From: an uncultured delta proteobacterium
GTDB lineage: Bacteria > Desulfobacterota > Desulfobacteria > Desulfobacterales > Desulfosalsimonadaceae
Direction of reading: 5' to 3'
Length of the DNA: 64,000 nt
Assembly: GCA_963826785.1 (NCBI GenBank)
Contig: CAWGYD010000006.1
Coordinates: 320,001 to 384,000 of the forward strand
Shown here: piece after piece, positions 1 through 11,395 of the stretch
How the letters are laid out: the number at the start of each line of letters is the position of its first letter
How positions within the stretch are numbered: the first letter of the stretch is position 1
The notes under the pieces: model-generated
What the model was told of the DNA's origin: nothing
What the model saw: only the letters and a program-made list of their open reading frames with translations
Database searches by the model: none
Translations under genes and position numbers: made by a program

Positions 1-558
1 TTTCTCCAGTTCCCGCATGGCCGGGGCAATATCCGAGGAAACTTCCGGGTTGCAGCTCATGGAGAGCATGGTCTTGCCGTCGATTTCTTTTTTGCTGACC
101 ATCTGGGCGATCACATTCACCCCGTTGTCGATGGTGTCCCGCCAGGCATGGGTGTAATTGGAGCTGATATAGTTCTGCTGGGTGTGGGCCACGTTCAGGT
201 AGGAACCGGCCTTGGCATAAAATTCCCGCAGTTCGAAATTTTCAGGCAGGGCGCCCTTGCGCAGGTCCAGCATGTATTCGAGTTCCACATACCCGTTGAA
301 CAGGCGCTCCACAAAGGGGCCCAGAAATTTTTGTTCCAGGTCGCTTGATCCTTTCGGCTTCTCCAGGGAAAGGGCAGTGCAAAAAACCAGCTGCATGGAG
401 GGGTCTGCTTTGGCCCGGCGGTACAGGGCATTGGCGAACTGGTTGGGCTTTCCCAGCCCCAGGGGCATTCCAAATACGATGTTTTTGCCTACCTTGCGGA
501 TCACATCATCGACGCACTTTTCCACATCCTGATAATACAACGGCTGTTTTCCCTCCAT
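1..558 (-). CDS. Acetyl-CoA hydrolase/transferase family protein (N-terminal part; runs off the window edge)
   Basis: Manual translation from ATG at 558 (GGAGG upstream): MEGKQPLYYQDVEKCVDDVIRKVGKNIVFGMPLGLGKPNQFANALYRRAKADPS...YISSNYTH; open to position 1. Not in the ORF track. Confidence 0.75.
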   Translation of the reverse strand, partial: MEGKQPLYYQDVEKCVDDVIRKVGKNIVFGMPLGLGKPNQFANALYRRAKADPSMQLVFCTALSLEKPKGSSDLEQKFLGPFVERLFNGYVELEYMLDLRKGALPENFELREFYAKAGSYLNVAHTQQNYISSNYTHAWRDTIDNGVNVIAQMVSKKEIDGKTMLSMSCNPEVSSDIAPAMRELEK

Positions 559-958
559 TTTACCCTCCGGGACCTCACCTCATTTTCGTGAACGATGCTT
601 GTTGCCAAACATCGATTGCCAGTGTCCGTTACACATCCACATGCGGATGACGCGATGATAACTGACGATGCCTGGGCGGCTTTTGAATTGTTTTGAATTT
701 ACGGGCTTGATCAAACTGAAACGAACTTTACGAGATCATTTTATCCCAAAAAAGTCAATATCATTTCACCAGCATAGGACCGGCACGCATGGGAGCTGTA
801 TGGGAAAATTCAGACTCAGCGGGTGATATCTTTTGTCGCCTGTTTTTAATATCAAGCGCAGAAAAAATAGGGTTTCTCAATGAGATTCGGAAAATGGGTT
901 TGATTTTTTCATGGCGGCCCGGACGGCCCGGCGCGAGCGCTGCCGGCCATACTCGGTT

Positions 959-2248
959 TTAGTCGGCCCAGAGTTCGATGACGTGCCGGACCGGGATCGG
1001 CCGGTCTGTTTTGGACAGCAGGTCTGTCAGCTGGATCATGCAGGCGGGGCAGGCGGTGGCCACTTCGGCTGCGCCGGTGGCATGCAGAGAAGCGATTTTC
1101 TTTGCCCCGATCTTTGTGGAAAGGTCGTAGTGCTTGAGAGAAAAACTGCCGCCCATGCCGCAGCAGCTGTCGGCTTCCCGCATTTCCAAAAACCGGTATG
1201 CGGGATTGGCCATGATCAGCCGGCGCGGCTGTTCAAATATGTTCAGTGATTTCCGCAAATGGCAGGGATCATGGTAGGTGACGGGAATGGCGGATGCACC
1301 CTTTTCAACAGATAGCTTCAAACCCATGATATCCACCAGGAATTGACTGATATCCATTGTTTTTTCCGAAAGGCGGCGGACATCCCCCCCATCGGAAGGC
1401 AGCATGGCCGGCCAGAGGTTTTTGATGGTGGCGGTGCAGGTGGCGCAGCCGGTGACCAGATAATCGCAGGTATCCGGCGAGAAGAGGTCTATATGGTAGC
1501 GGGCCATCCGGTGAAATGCGTTCATGTCACCGGCGGCCAGGGCGGGAATGCCGCAGCACCCCTGGGCATCCGGGATGATCACCCGGGCGCCGCGGGCGGT
1601 CAGCACATCCGCGATTTTTTCGGCGACCCGCGGAAAAACCTTGTCGAGCAGACACCCGACAAAGAAGGCCACCCGGATAGCCTTGCCATCCGAAACGGCG
1701 ATCGGCTTCTTCATCTGATGATAGGCAATCGGCGCCAGAGGCATGATCCGGCGGTTTGACAGCAGCGGGGATACCAGCCGCGCACAGGATGCATCCGGAT
1801 ACGGTGCGGATGGTTTTAAGATCAAATGCTGCCATTTCGACCCCCATGCCACAAACCGGTTAAAACGGGAGGGATCAGCCATCAGTCTTTGAAAAAGAAC
1901 TTTCTGGCCCACCGGCAGTCCCTGATAAGCACGGATAATCGACCGCGCCTGTAAAAACAGGGCTACGGCATCCACCCCCCTGGGGCAGTTTTTTGCACAC
2001 GACCCGCACAGCAGGCAGCGATCCAGGCGATCGTACGCCCCCCCCGGATTTGAAAACAAATCCCCCATCAACCCCTTCAGCAGTTCCAGCTTGCCCCGGG
2101 TTACATCCGCTTCTCTTCCGGTTACCCCGTAGACGGGACAGACCGCCTGGCACATGCCGCATCCGGAACAGCGCGCCACTGCATCGGCCAGTTCATTCAT
2201 CATTATCGCCAGTCGGGCCATTCCGGTTTTTCTTGTTTTCATGATCAA
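959..2248 (-). CDS. GlcF-like Fe-S oxidoreductase subunit (2x[4Fe-4S] plus two CCG domains)
   Basis: CSGCGMCQAVCP and CLLCGSCAKNCP ferredoxin motifs; FFVGC, GCCG, YHDPCHL, SCCGMGG and TACPAC CCG-domain motifs. Confidence 0.85.
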   Translation of the reverse strand: MIMKTRKTGMARLAIMMNELADAVARCSGCGMCQAVCPVYGVTGREADVTRGKLELLKGLMGDLFSNPGGAYDRLDRCLLCGSCAKNCPRGVDAVALFLQARSIIRAYQGLPVGQKVLFQRLMADPSRFNRFVAWGSKWQHLILKPSAPYPDASCARLVSPLLSNRRIMPLAPIAYHQMKKPIAVSDGKAIRVAFFVGCLLDKVFPRVAEKIADVLTARGARVIIPDAQGCCGIPALAAGDMNAFHRMARYHIDLFSPDTCDYLVTGCATCTATIKNLWPAMLPSDGGDVRRLSEKTMDISQFLVDIMGLKLSVEKGASAIPVTYHDPCHLRKSLNIFEQPRRLIMANPAYRFLEMREADSCCGMGGSFSLKHYDLSTKIGAKKIASLHATGAAEVATACPACMIQLTDLLSKTDRPIPVRHVIELWAD

Positions 2249-2418
2249 TCTTCGGGTAAAGAACGATTTTGTGTTTTTTCAATTCGCATGAGATTGCATC
2301 CGTTTTTAAAACACCTTATTTGCAATATCATCATTTACACTCATTTTTAAATGGTGATCAAAAAAATTGCGCTCATAAATGCGTCAATATGGAAAATAAG
2401 TAAAAAGGAAGCACACAA

Positions 2419-2676
2419 ATGGAAGACCAGCAGGGAAAATATTATTATCCCTTTCCCCAGAACCGGCGGGTCCGCATGTATGTCAAAAAAGACAAGGGCA
2501 TGATCTGTTTCCGGCTCTGGAGCGCCGAAGACGAAAAACTGTGGGAAGAACACGGATGGGTGCCCTATGAGGCGATTAAGCAGGCGGCCTCCCGCTACGA
2601 CGGGAAATCGTTTGATCCCGGACAGGCCTATGACATCGAAATTGCACAAGCCCTGCTGAAAGAATCCGGTTTGTAA
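2419..2676 (+). CDS. Hypothetical protein (85 aa)
   Basis: AAGGA-like RBS upstream; fills the gap between flanking genes; protein-like composition. Confidence 0.7.
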   Translation: MEDQQGKYYYPFPQNRRVRMYVKKDKGMICFRLWSAEDEKLWEEHGWVPYEAIKQAASRYDGKSFDPGQAYDIEIAQALLKESGL

Positions 2677-2683
2677 ACTGTAA

Positions 2684-4240
2684 TCAGTTGGCCGTATATT
2701 TTGCCTTTAATACGGGCTTTTCGATTTTTCCGGTGGGGTTTCGGGGAACTTCACCGAAAAAAATCCTGCGGGGCCGCTTATAGCGGGGCAGGGCTTCACA
2801 GAACCGGACGACTTCCTGCTCTGAAAGGCTTTGGCCGGGCTTGACCGAAATCACGGCGGCCGCGATTTCCCCCAGTCGGCTGTCCGGAAGCCCGAATACG
2901 CCGGCATCCAGAATCCGGTCATGGGACATGAGCACCGATTCGATCTCCACCGGGTAAATGTTTTCCCCGCCGGTGATGATAATATCCTTCTTCCGGTCCA
3001 TCAGCCAGATGAATCCGTCTTCGTCCATGCGGCCGATGTCCCCGGTGTGCAGCCATCCGCCTTGAAGGGCCGCCCGGGTAGCCTCCGGGTTCCGATAGTA
3101 TTTGTTCATCACCCCCGGGCCCCGCACCAGGATTTCCCCGGGGTGGCCTGCCGGCACCGGCTGATTCTGGTCATCGACGATCCGGCATTCCCAGTCAAAG
3201 CCGGGGATGCCGATGGACCCGATTTTATGTGAATTTTCAATCCCCAGGTGAATGCAACCCGGACCGGTGGCTTCGGTCAGGCCGTAATTGGTATCATAGG
3301 CGTGATGCGGAAAGATTTTCATCCATTTATCGATCAGGGCGGGTGGAACCGGCTGGGCCCCGATATGCATCAGCCGCCATTGATCCAGTCGAAATTTTTT
3401 AAGATCGATGTCACCATTTTCAATCGCCACCAGAATATCATGCGCCCAGGGAACCAGCAGCCACACGATGGTGGCGCTTTCTTCCGAGACCGCCTCCAGA
3501 ATTGCAGCCGGACTCACCCCTTTTAAAATGACGGCTTTGGCCCCCACGATGAAATTACCGAACCAGTGCATTTTTGCACCGGTATGATACAGCGGCGGAA
3601 TGCACAGGAAATTGTCCGTGTGGACCTGGTGATGATGATGATTTTCCACGTAGCAGGAAAACTCCAGCTGCCGATGAAGCAGATAAACCCCCTTGGGACG
3701 GCCGGTGGTCCCCGACGTGAAATATATGCCTGCGCCGTCGCTCAACTCCAGGTCCACATCCGGGTCCTTGGGGGAGACGCCCGCAATCAGATCTTTTAGC
3801 GAAAGGGCGTAATCAGGGAGAAGATGATCCTCTCCAACGAAGATATAGGTACTGACGACGGCATCCAGATCGGCTTTGATGCGGTTGATCCGCTCGGTAA
3901 ATTCAGGGCCGAATATCAGCACCCTGGCTTCGGCCAGGCTGCTGCAGCGCAGGATATCTCTGGAATCGAACCGGAAATTCAAGGGGACCGCCACTGCACC
4001 GGCGCGCAGGATGCCGAAATAGACCGGTAGCCACTCGATGCAGTTCATCATCAATTGCACCACCCGGCCGCCTTTTTCAATGCCGAGGGCGCCCAGGGCA
4101 TTGGCGAGCCGGTTGGATTGCGCATGAAACTCGCTCCAGGTGATTTCCAACCGGCGGCCGGCAGACGGTTCGCGCTCGACCAGGGCGGTTTCGGTCCCGT
4201 ACAGCCGGGCATTTCGGGCCAGGATATCGGTTATCAGCAT
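2684..4240 (-). CDS. AMP-dependent acyl-CoA synthetase (fatty acid-CoA ligase family)
   Basis: YFTSGTTGRPKG, YGLTE, WLHTGDIG and PRNPTGKI motifs. Confidence 0.92.
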   Translation of the reverse strand: MLITDILARNARLYGTETALVEREPSAGRRLEITWSEFHAQSNRLANALGALGIEKGGRVVQLMMNCIEWLPVYFGILRAGAVAVPLNFRFDSRDILRCSSLAEARVLIFGPEFTERINRIKADLDAVVSTYIFVGEDHLLPDYALSLKDLIAGVSPKDPDVDLELSDGAGIYFTSGTTGRPKGVYLLHRQLEFSCYVENHHHHQVHTDNFLCIPPLYHTGAKMHWFGNFIVGAKAVILKGVSPAAILEAVSEESATIVWLLVPWAHDILVAIENGDIDLKKFRLDQWRLMHIGAQPVPPALIDKWMKIFPHHAYDTNYGLTEATGPGCIHLGIENSHKIGSIGIPGFDWECRIVDDQNQPVPAGHPGEILVRGPGVMNKYYRNPEATRAALQGGWLHTGDIGRMDEDGFIWLMDRKKDIIITGGENIYPVEIESVLMSHDRILDAGVFGLPDSRLGEIAAAVISVKPGQSLSEQEVVRFCEALPRYKRPRRIFFGEVPRNPTGKIEKPVLKAKYTAN

Positions 4241-4429
4241 TTTTTACCAGGAGCCGTTTTTAGCGGTGATTCACATTGGATTTTCGCCGCTGTACAATAG
4301 TAAATAGAAGTTGTCTTTTCATTAAGTGAAAAAAGCACCTATCATATGGGGCTGAAAAGTCAACCGGAATCAAAATAAGATCCATGCCGGCGGTGATTTG
4401 AGCTCAGACAGGATCTGATTTGTCGGGGC

Positions 4430-4472
4430 AAAAAAAGAGCGCCCCGCCGGAATCTCATCCGACGGGGCGCTC
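4430..4472 (-). terminator. Rho-independent terminator downstream of dnaK
   Basis: GAGCGCCCCG...CGGGGCGCTC stem followed by a U7 tract on the minus strand, about 20 bp after the dnaK stop. Confidence 0.85.
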
Positions 4473-4494
4473 GTGTTTTTATGTAAGGCCGGAT

Positions 4495-6402
4495 TTATTT
4501 GTTATCCTGCTTTACCTCTTCATAATCGGCATCCACCACGTCCTCGTCTTCTGCCCCGGCCTGGGCCTGTCCGCCCGCTTCCTGGGCACCCGCCTGGGAT
4601 GCCTGCTGGTACATGGCTTCGGCCAGCTTATGAGAAGCCTGGGTCAGCTCTTCGGAAAGGCGCCTGATTTCGGCGCTGTCATCCCCTTCCATGGCCTTTC
4701 TCAGATCCGCTGAAATCCGCTCGATGTTGGTTCGGGTTTCGCTGTCGACCTTGTCACCCAGTTCCTTCATGGATTTTTCCGTTGAGTATACCAGGGAATC
4801 CGCATTGTTTTTGGCTTCCACCAGTTCTCGCTGCGTCTTGTCCTCTTCCGCATGCATCTCCGCATCCTTGACCAGCCGGTCAATCTCATCCTTTGACAGA
4901 CCCGAAGATGCGGTAATCCGGATGGACTGCTGTTTGCTGGTGGCCATATCCTTGGCCGACACGTTGACGATGCCGTTGGCGTCGATGTCAAAGGTCACTT
5001 CGATCTGGGGCACCCCACGGGGCGCCGGCGGGATATCGGACAGCTCGAAGCGGCCCAGGGTCTTGTTATTGGAGGCCATTTCCCGTTCCCCCTGGAGCAC
5101 GTGAATCGTCACCGCCGGCTGGCTGTCCTGGGCGGTGGAAAAGATCTGGCTCTTCCGGGTGGGGATCGTGGTGTTCTTCTCGATCAGCTTGGTCATCACG
5201 CCGCCAAGGGTTTCAATTCCCAGCGACAGCGGAGTGACATCCAGCAGCAGCACGTCTTTGACGTCGCCCTTGAGCACACCGCCCTGGATGGCTGCCCCGA
5301 TGGCCACCACTTCGTCCGGATTCACCCCTTTGTGGGGCTCTTTTCCGAAAATCGATTTCACCCGGTCCTGAACCGAGGGCATGCGGGTCATGCCGCCCAC
5401 CAGGATGACTTCGTCGATCTCAGATGCGCTCAGTCCCGAATCCTTCAACGCGGTTTTGCAGGGGCCTTCCAGGTTGTCCAGAAGGTCGCTCACCAGGGAT
5501 TCGAGTTTGGCCCGGGTAATCTTGATATTCAAGTGCTTCGGACCATTGGCGTCTGCAGTGATAAACGGCAGGTTTACATCCGTCTGCAGGGCGGAAGACA
5601 ACTCCATCTTGGCTTTTTCCGCCGCCTCTTTCAGCCGCTGCAGCGCCATCTTGTCACTTCTGAGATCAATACCGTTTTCGCGCTTGAATTCGTTGGCCAG
5701 GAAATCAATCAGCCGGAGGTCGAAATCGTCGCCCCCCAGATGGGTGTCGCCGTTGGTGGCCTTGACCTCGAATACGCCGTCACCGATTTCCAGAATGGAA
5801 ATATCAAAAGTTCCACCGCCGAGATCGAATACGGCGATTTTTTCATCGGCTTTTTTGTCCAGCCCGTAGGCCAGGGATGCCGCGGTGGGCTCGTTGATAA
5901 TCCGAAGCACGTTCAAGCCCGCGATCTGTCCGGCATCCTTGGTGGCCTGCCGCTGACTGTCATCAAAATAAGCAGGAACAGTGATGACCGCGTCGGTCAC
6001 TTTTTCACCCAGATATTCTTCCACCGTATGCTTGATGTCGGCCAATATAAAGGATGAAATTTCCGCCGGACTGTGCTGTTTGCCCCGTAAATTGATCCTC
6101 AGATCGCCGTTGGGCGCCTTTTCGATTTTATAAGGCAGGTTCTTGATGTCCCGCTGAACTTCCGCGGATTCGAATTTCCGTCCGATAAGGCGTTTTACTC
6201 CGAAAACGGTATTTTCCGGATTGGTGATGGACTGGCGCTTCGCCACCTGGCCCACCAGCCGCTCACCGCTTTCCGTAATGGCCACAACCGACGGAGTGGT
6301 CCGCCCCCCCTCGGGGTTTGTAATCACAACCGTTTCATTCTGCTCCCGAATAGCGACACATGAATTGGTGGTTCCGAGATCAATTCCGATCACTCTTCCC
6401 AT
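4495..6402 (-). CDS. dnaK: Chaperone DnaK (Hsp70)
   Basis: [23 protein letters not shown] and [15 protein letters not shown] motifs. Confidence 0.99.
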   Translation of the reverse strand: MGRVIGIDLGTTNSCVAIREQNETVVITNPEGGRTTPSVVAITESGERLVGQVAKRQSITNPENTVFGVKRLIGRKFESAEVQRDIKNLPYKIEKAPNGDLRINLRGKQHSPAEISSFILADIKHTVEEYLGEKVTDAVITVPAYFDDSQRQATKDAGQIAGLNVLRIINEPTAASLAYGLDKKADEKIAVFDLGGGTFDISILEIGDGVFEVKATNGDTHLGGDDFDLRLIDFLANEFKRENGIDLRSDKMALQRLKEAAEKAKMELSSALQTDVNLPFITADANGPKHLNIKITRAKLESLVSDLLDNLEGPCKTALKDSGLSASEIDEVILVGGMTRMPSVQDRVKSIFGKEPHKGVNPDEVVAIGAAIQGGVLKGDVKDVLLLDVTPLSLGIETLGGVMTKLIEKNTTIPTRKSQIFSTAQDSQPAVTIHVLQGEREMASNNKTLGRFELSDIPPAPRGVPQIEVTFDIDANGIVNVSAKDMATSKQQSIRITASSGLSKDEIDRLVKDAEMHAEEDKTQRELVEAKNNADSLVYSTEKSMKELGDKVDSETRTNIERISADLRKAMEGDDSAEIRRLSEELTQASHKLAEAMYQQASQAGAQEAGGQAQAGAEDEDVVDADYEEVKQDNK

Positions 6403-6461
6403 TATTCATCCTCCTTGTTATCCATATATCATTAATTTATTACGAAGTTCTAATTGAAGCG

Positions 6462-7073
6462 TCATTTACCCTTGGAGACGATCACCATCGCCGGTCGAAG
6501 CAGCCGGTCGTGGATCATATAGCCTTTCTGGAATTCATTGATGACGGTGTTCTCAGGGTAGGCATCCGTCTCTTCCTGGAGTACGGCCTCATGAAATGCC
6601 GGATTGAACATCTCTCCCACAGATTCGATCGGTGTAACATGATAGTTTTTGAGGATTTTCAATATGTCATTCAACGTCATTTCCACACCCTCAATCAGGC
6701 AGGCTTTGCTGTTGGCGCCATCTGAATCAGATGCGGTCGAATTGAGCGCCCGCTCGAGGTTATCCACCACCGGCAACAGGTCCTTGAAGAGGGATTCATT
6801 GGCGTATTTCTTGAACTCCTCCATTTGCCGATTCATCCGTTTTTTGTAATTTTCAAATTCGGCAGATACGCGAAGCAAATGATCCCGGGCTTCCATGCTT
6901 TCATTTTTAAATTTTTCCATTTCGGCCCTGATCTCTTCCGCCGCACTCAGATCTGTATCGTCTGATGAATCGGATTCATCGTTTTGCGACGCCTCTTCTG
7001 GTTCGCATCCTTCCTTTGCATCTTCCAGATCATCGAAAAACGCATTTTTTTTCTCATCAGATCTTTTTGCCAA
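6462..7073 (-). CDS. grpE: Nucleotide exchange factor GrpE
   Basis: AEFENYKKR, LLPVVDNLERA and GYMIHDRLLRPAMV motifs; directly upstream of dnaK. Confidence 0.97.
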   Translation of the reverse strand: MAKRSDEKKNAFFDDLEDAKEGCEPEEASQNDESDSSDDTDLSAAEEIRAEMEKFKNESMEARDHLLRVSAEFENYKKRMNRQMEEFKKYANESLFKDLLPVVDNLERALNSTASDSDGANSKACLIEGVEMTLNDILKILKNYHVTPIESVGEMFNPAFHEAVLQEETDAYPENTVINEFQKGYMIHDRLLRPAMVIVSKGK

Positions 7074-7314
7074 TTTTTACGCTCCCTTGCACTGGTTTCA
7101 AAGAATTCTTATCCCGTTTTTTGCGACTGAAAAAACGCTCAAGATATTCAAACCACATTGAATTTTTACAAAAAAATAAGGCTGAAAAGGCCGATGTCAA
7201 GCTTGGAATGATCTGAAAAAAAGTCTGAAAGAAAGGATTCTTTCAAGAGAAAGGGGGGAATTTTCAGGGTGTGAACCGCATCGAGTTCCTGACAGAACCT
7301 GAAGCATAACTGAA

Positions 7315-7406
7315 CCGGGATCGATCCGCGACACAGACGAAATTACTTATCGCTGCTTCCTTCCGGACCTGACGAGGTTCGCAACCGTCTGTTGCACGGC
7401 GGCCGG
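7315..7406 (-). ncRNA. ffs: Signal recognition particle RNA (4.5S core; ends approximate)
   Basis: Minus strand contains the conserved domain IV motif TCAGGTCCGGAAGGAAGCAGC (7352-7372) within an ACAGACG/CGTCTGT stem. Confidence 0.93.
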
Positions 7407-7679
7407 ATAGAATGCCTCAGGCTCTGTCAGAAACTCGATGCGGTGGGATTTCGAAACCGCATGAATTCCAATTTCGAGCGCAGGGTATTAGTACAATACC
7501 CTGTCCATCAGAATCAAGACCTTCAATATAACCCCCCTGGCACTTGTTTTCAAGTCCTATTCCCATCCACATGCATCCGATGGAATTGAAACCGGGGATC
7601 TATGCCTTTATTTATTCCATTTTCTGTTATATATTCGTTGAGTTGAAAAAATTTTCGCAGGCAGATGCCGTGAATACAG

Positions 7680-9155
7680 ATGAAAGGAAGTAAAAACGGA
7701 TTGCCCCGGTCAATTTTAGAATCAGCATGGAACATTGTTCGAACACATGAAATGCTAAAACCGGGTATGGCCGTCCTGGTGGGCGTATCCGGCGGGCCCG
7801 ACTCCGTTGCCCTCCTTGATATCCTGCTCGAATTTTCGGCTTCCCTGGAACTCCGTTTGGGCGTTGCGCATTTAAATCATGGCCTGCGGGGGACGGAAGC
7901 CGATCTGGATGCAAATTTCGTTCAATCGCTTGCCAAGGACCGTGGACTGCCTTACCTTGGCCAGTTAAAAAATATTCGCGATGAACAGAAGCGTACGGGA
8001 CGGTCACTGGAAGAGGCCGCCCGGGATGCCCGGCTCAAATTCCTGCATGAGGAGGCAAAACGCCACGGATATGAAAAAATTGCACTGGGCCACCACAGGG
8101 ATGACCACGCCGAACAGGTGCTGATCAACCTGCTGAGGGGAAGCGGGCCCGATGGTTTATGCGGCATCCCCCCCATACGGGGCAGGATTATCCGCCCCCT
8201 GATCCGTTCCACCCGGGCAGAGATTTTAGAATATCTTTCCTCCCGCCATCTTTCTTTTCGGATCGATCGTTCCAATGAAGATTTGTGCTTTTTGCGAAAC
8301 CGGATCCGCTTGCATTTGCTGCCGGAACTCCAAAACAAATATAACCCGGGCATTGCAGACGGACTCAGCCGTCTGGGAGAAATTCTGCAGGCGGAAAAAG
8401 AATGGATAAGCGGGCTGGTCGATCCGATTTTTGACTCGATCGTCTGCTTGCAGGAGGCCCGAAGAATCGAAATCCGCATATCAGCCATGTTGCCCTGCCA
8501 TCCGGCCTTGCAAAGGCGGCTGGTGCGAAAGGCCATTAAGAGGGTAAAAGGGGACCTAAGACGCATCACCCTTTCCCATGTGGAATCGGTGACAGACCTC
8601 ATCAAACCGGACCGCGATGGTTCCCGCATCGATTTGCCGGACCGCATCCGGGCTTCGCGCAGTCCCCATCGGTTGGTCATCACCCGGGAAAACATGCCCC
8701 TGCGGTCGATTCCGAAAGAAGAAGCGCCAGGCGCCGAAGCCTATGCTTATATTGTTTCGAAAGATCGGATATTGACGAAACAGCCGATCTGCGTCCCTGA
8801 AGCCGGCGTTTTTCTGACGTTTGAAAAAATTTCAGCTTCAGGAAGCGCGATCATGGCCGATCTCCGGAATATTAAAAAGGAAGAAGCCTTCCTGGACCTC
8901 GCGAAGCTGACGTTTCCCCTGACCATCCGGAATTGCCGGCCGGGGGACCGGTTTGTCCCTCTCGGGATGCATGGCTCGCAGAAACTGAAAAAATTCTGGA
9001 TCGATCATAAAGTGGAAAGCAAAAGACGCAACATCCTGCCGCTGCTGGTCAGCGGAAATGATATCGTCTGGGCAGCCGGTTTTCGGATTGCGGAATCCGT
9101 AAAGATCACTCCGTCTACCCGAATGGTCCTGCGGGTGGCATTATCTATCAAGTAA
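7680..9155 (+). CDS. tilS: tRNA(Ile)-lysidine synthetase
   Basis: VSGGPDS PP-loop, HLNHGLRG and RNRIR motifs; C-terminal TilS domain; upstream of ftsH. Confidence 0.97.
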   Translation: MKGSKNGLPRSILESAWNIVRTHEMLKPGMAVLVGVSGGPDSVALLDILLEFSASLELRLGVAHLNHGLRGTEADLDANFVQSLAKDRGLPYLGQLKNIRDEQKRTGRSLEEAARDARLKFLHEEAKRHGYEKIALGHHRDDHAEQVLINLLRGSGPDGLCGIPPIRGRIIRPLIRSTRAEILEYLSSRHLSFRIDRSNEDLCFLRNRIRLHLLPELQNKYNPGIADGLSRLGEILQAEKEWISGLVDPIFDSIVCLQEARRIEIRISAMLPCHPALQRRLVRKAIKRVKGDLRRITLSHVESVTDLIKPDRDGSRIDLPDRIRASRSPHRLVITRENMPLRSIPKEEAPGAEAYAYIVSKDRILTKQPICVPEAGVFLTFEKISASGSAIMADLRNIKKEEAFLDLAKLTFPLTIRNCRPGDRFVPLGMHGSQKLKKFWIDHKVESKRRNILPLLVSGNDIVWAAGFRIAESVKITPSTRMVLRVALSIK

Positions 9156-9502
9156 TTGATTGATTTTTAAAATCCAGTGTTTAATTTAACCATTGTTGTA
9201 ATATACGCAGACCGGTGCCGGGACGGTCTTTTTGGAAAAAACTGAAAATAATTGACAATATATCCAAAAGGACCGATTAAAAAAAGAAAAGCCCTGAAAA
9301 AATCGTGTATTATTTATCTTGCCACATCGCGTGGCAAAGAAGCCTTTTTTCCGCTGATCAAGGGCACGATAGCTATTCAATATATGCCGCATGTGGCAAG
9401 CATTCGGTCTTTTTTAATATTTTACTATTTTCACGGGGGAAAAAACCCCTCGAATAAATTTACGGCTGTAAAGCGCATCTTTTCCGATCTGGAGGTAATC
9501 CG

Positions 9503-11395
9503 TTGAACCCTTTCAATAAAAATTTAGCCTTGTGGGTCGTGATCGTCCTGATGATGGTCATGCTCTATAGCATATTCAGCCAGCAGCAGCATACGGACGC
9601 CCAACTCAATTACTCCGAATTTCTGAACCGGGTGGAGAGCAACAAGGTCAAAAGCGTGACGATCGAAGGCGACAAGCTGAATGTAATCGACGACAACGGC
9701 AGCCAGTTCAGTGTATACGCCCCGGCGGACAATGATCTCATCAGCACGCTGCGCAAGAATAACGTGATCATCAAAGTCAAACCGGAACAATCCACCCCCT
9801 GGTTCGTGTCCGTGCTGATTTCCTGGTTTCCCATGATCCTTTTGATCGGGGTATGGATTTTTTTCATGCGGCAGATGCAGAGCGGGGGCGGAAAAGCGCT
9901 GTCTTTCGGCAAGAGCAGCGCCCGGATGCTCTCGGATCAGGCGGAAAAAGTGACCTTTGCCGATGTGGCCGGAGTCGATGAAGCCAAAGAAGAAGTCGGT
10001 GAAATTGTCGAATTCCTGAGAGATCCCAAGAAATACACCCGGCTGGGCGGGCGCATTCCCAAGGGCGTGCTCATGGTGGGCGCGCCGGGCACGGGTAAAA
10101 CCCTTCTGGCCCGCGCCATTGCCGGAGAAGCCGGGGTACCGTTTTTTTCCATCAGCGGATCGGATTTTGTGGAAATGTTCGTGGGGGTGGGCGCTTCCCG
10201 TGTACGGGATCTGTTTGTCCAGGGGAAGAAGAATGCCCCCTGCATCATTTTCATCGATGAAATCGACGCCGTGGGCCGTCATCGCGGTGCGGGGCTTGGC
10301 GGCGGTCATGACGAACGGGAACAGACCCTGAATCAACTCCTGGTGGAAATGGACGGTTTTGAAGCCAACGAAGGGGTGATCCTCATCGCCTCCACCAACC
10401 GGCCGGATGTGTTGGACCCGGCGCTCCTCCGGCCCGGCCGGTTCGACCGGCAGGTAGTGGTCCCCCTGCCGGATATCCAGGGGCGCAAGGAAATCATCAA
10501 GGTCTACCTGAAAAAATCCCCCATTGGTCCGGACGTGAATCCGGACATCCTGGCCAGGGGAACGCCCGGCTTTTCGGGCGCGGATCTTGAAAACATGGTC
10601 AACGAAGCCGCCCTGATCGCCGCTAAAAAGGATAAGGAACGCCTGGCGATGGAGGATTTTGAAGATGCCAAGGACAAGATCTTCATGGGCCTGGAACGCA
10701 AATCCAAGGTCATGCGGGAAGAGGACAAGCGGACCACCGCCTACCACGAAGGCGGGCATGCCATTGTGGCCCGTATGCTGCCGGAAACCGACTCCATCAA
10801 TAAAATCACGATTATTCCCAGGGGACGCGCTGCCGGGGTGACCTGGTTCCTCCCCGAGGAAAAGGACTTTATCTTCAAGGATCAGCTCCAGAGTAAACTG
10901 GCGGTGGCTTTAGGCGGCCGGGTGGCGGAGGAACTGGTATTCAACCGCATCAGCACGGGGGCATCCAACGATATCAAGCAGGCCACGGAGATTGCATCCA
11001 ACATGGTGCGTTCCTGGGGAATGAGCGATGCACTGGGGCCGCTCTCCTATGCCAAGGGCGAGGAACAGATCTTTCTGGGCAGGGAAATCTCCCAGCACCG
11101 GGATTATTCCGAAGACACCGCTAAAAAAATCGATGATGAAATCTCACGGTTCATCAACGAAAGCTATGTTCGGGCCAAAGGCGTTTTGACCGAAAACCGT
11201 GACATTCTGGATAAACTATCCGAAATGCTGCTGGAAAAGGAAACGGTCATGGGCAAAGAACTCGATGAGCTCATTTATGCCCTGCGCCCGGGGATCAAGC
11301 TTCCATCTTACCAGAGCACGGACACATTGAAGGAAGCGATTCACCATCCGACAACCGCCTCTGAAGAAGGAAGCAGTGAAAACCTTTCGTCTTGA
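9503..11395 (+). CDS. ftsH: ATP-dependent zinc metalloprotease FtsH
   Basis: Two TM segments, GAPGTGKT Walker A, IFIDEID Walker B, HEGGH zinc motif. Confidence 0.99.
   Translation: MNPFNKNLALWVVIVLMMVMLYSIFSQQQHTDAQLNYSEFLNRVESNKVKSVTIEGDKLNVIDDNGSQFSVYAPADNDLISTLRKNNVIIKVKPEQSTPWFVSVLISWFPMILLIGVWIFFMRQMQSGGGKALSFGKSSARMLSDQAEKVTFADVAGVDEAKEEVGEIVEFLRDPKKYTRLGGRIPKGVLMVGAPGTGKTLLARAIAGEAGVPFFSISGSDFVEMFVGVGASRVRDLFVQGKKNAPCIIFIDEIDAVGRHRGAGLGGGHDEREQTLNQLLVEMDGFEANEGVILIASTNRPDVLDPALLRPGRFDRQVVVPLPDIQGRKEIIKVYLKKSPIGPDVNPDILARGTPGFSGADLENMVNEAALIAAKKDKERLAMEDFEDAKDKIFMGLERKSKVMREEDKRTTAYHEGGHAIVARMLPETDSINKITIIPRGRAAGVTWFLPEEKDFIFKDQLQSKLAVALGGRVAEELVFNRISTGASNDIKQATEIASNMVRSWGMSDALGPLSYAKGEEQIFLGREISQHRDYSEDTAKKIDDEISRFINESYVRAKGVLTENRDILDKLSEMLLEKETVMGKELDELIYALRPGIKLPSYQSTDTLKEAIHHPTTASEEGSSENLSS

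Noticed and set aside
5101..6057. 318-aa ORF antisense to dnaK (and similar long antisense ORFs over ftsH, pilT, dapL and the helicase)
   Set aside because: Shadow ORFs expected from codon bias in GC-rich genes; they fully overlap well-supported genes and show no motifs.
7074..7260. CIRCE element or hrcA upstream of grpE-dnaK
   Set aside because: No TTAGCACTC-N9-GAGTGCTAA seen, and no hrcA or dnaJ in the window.
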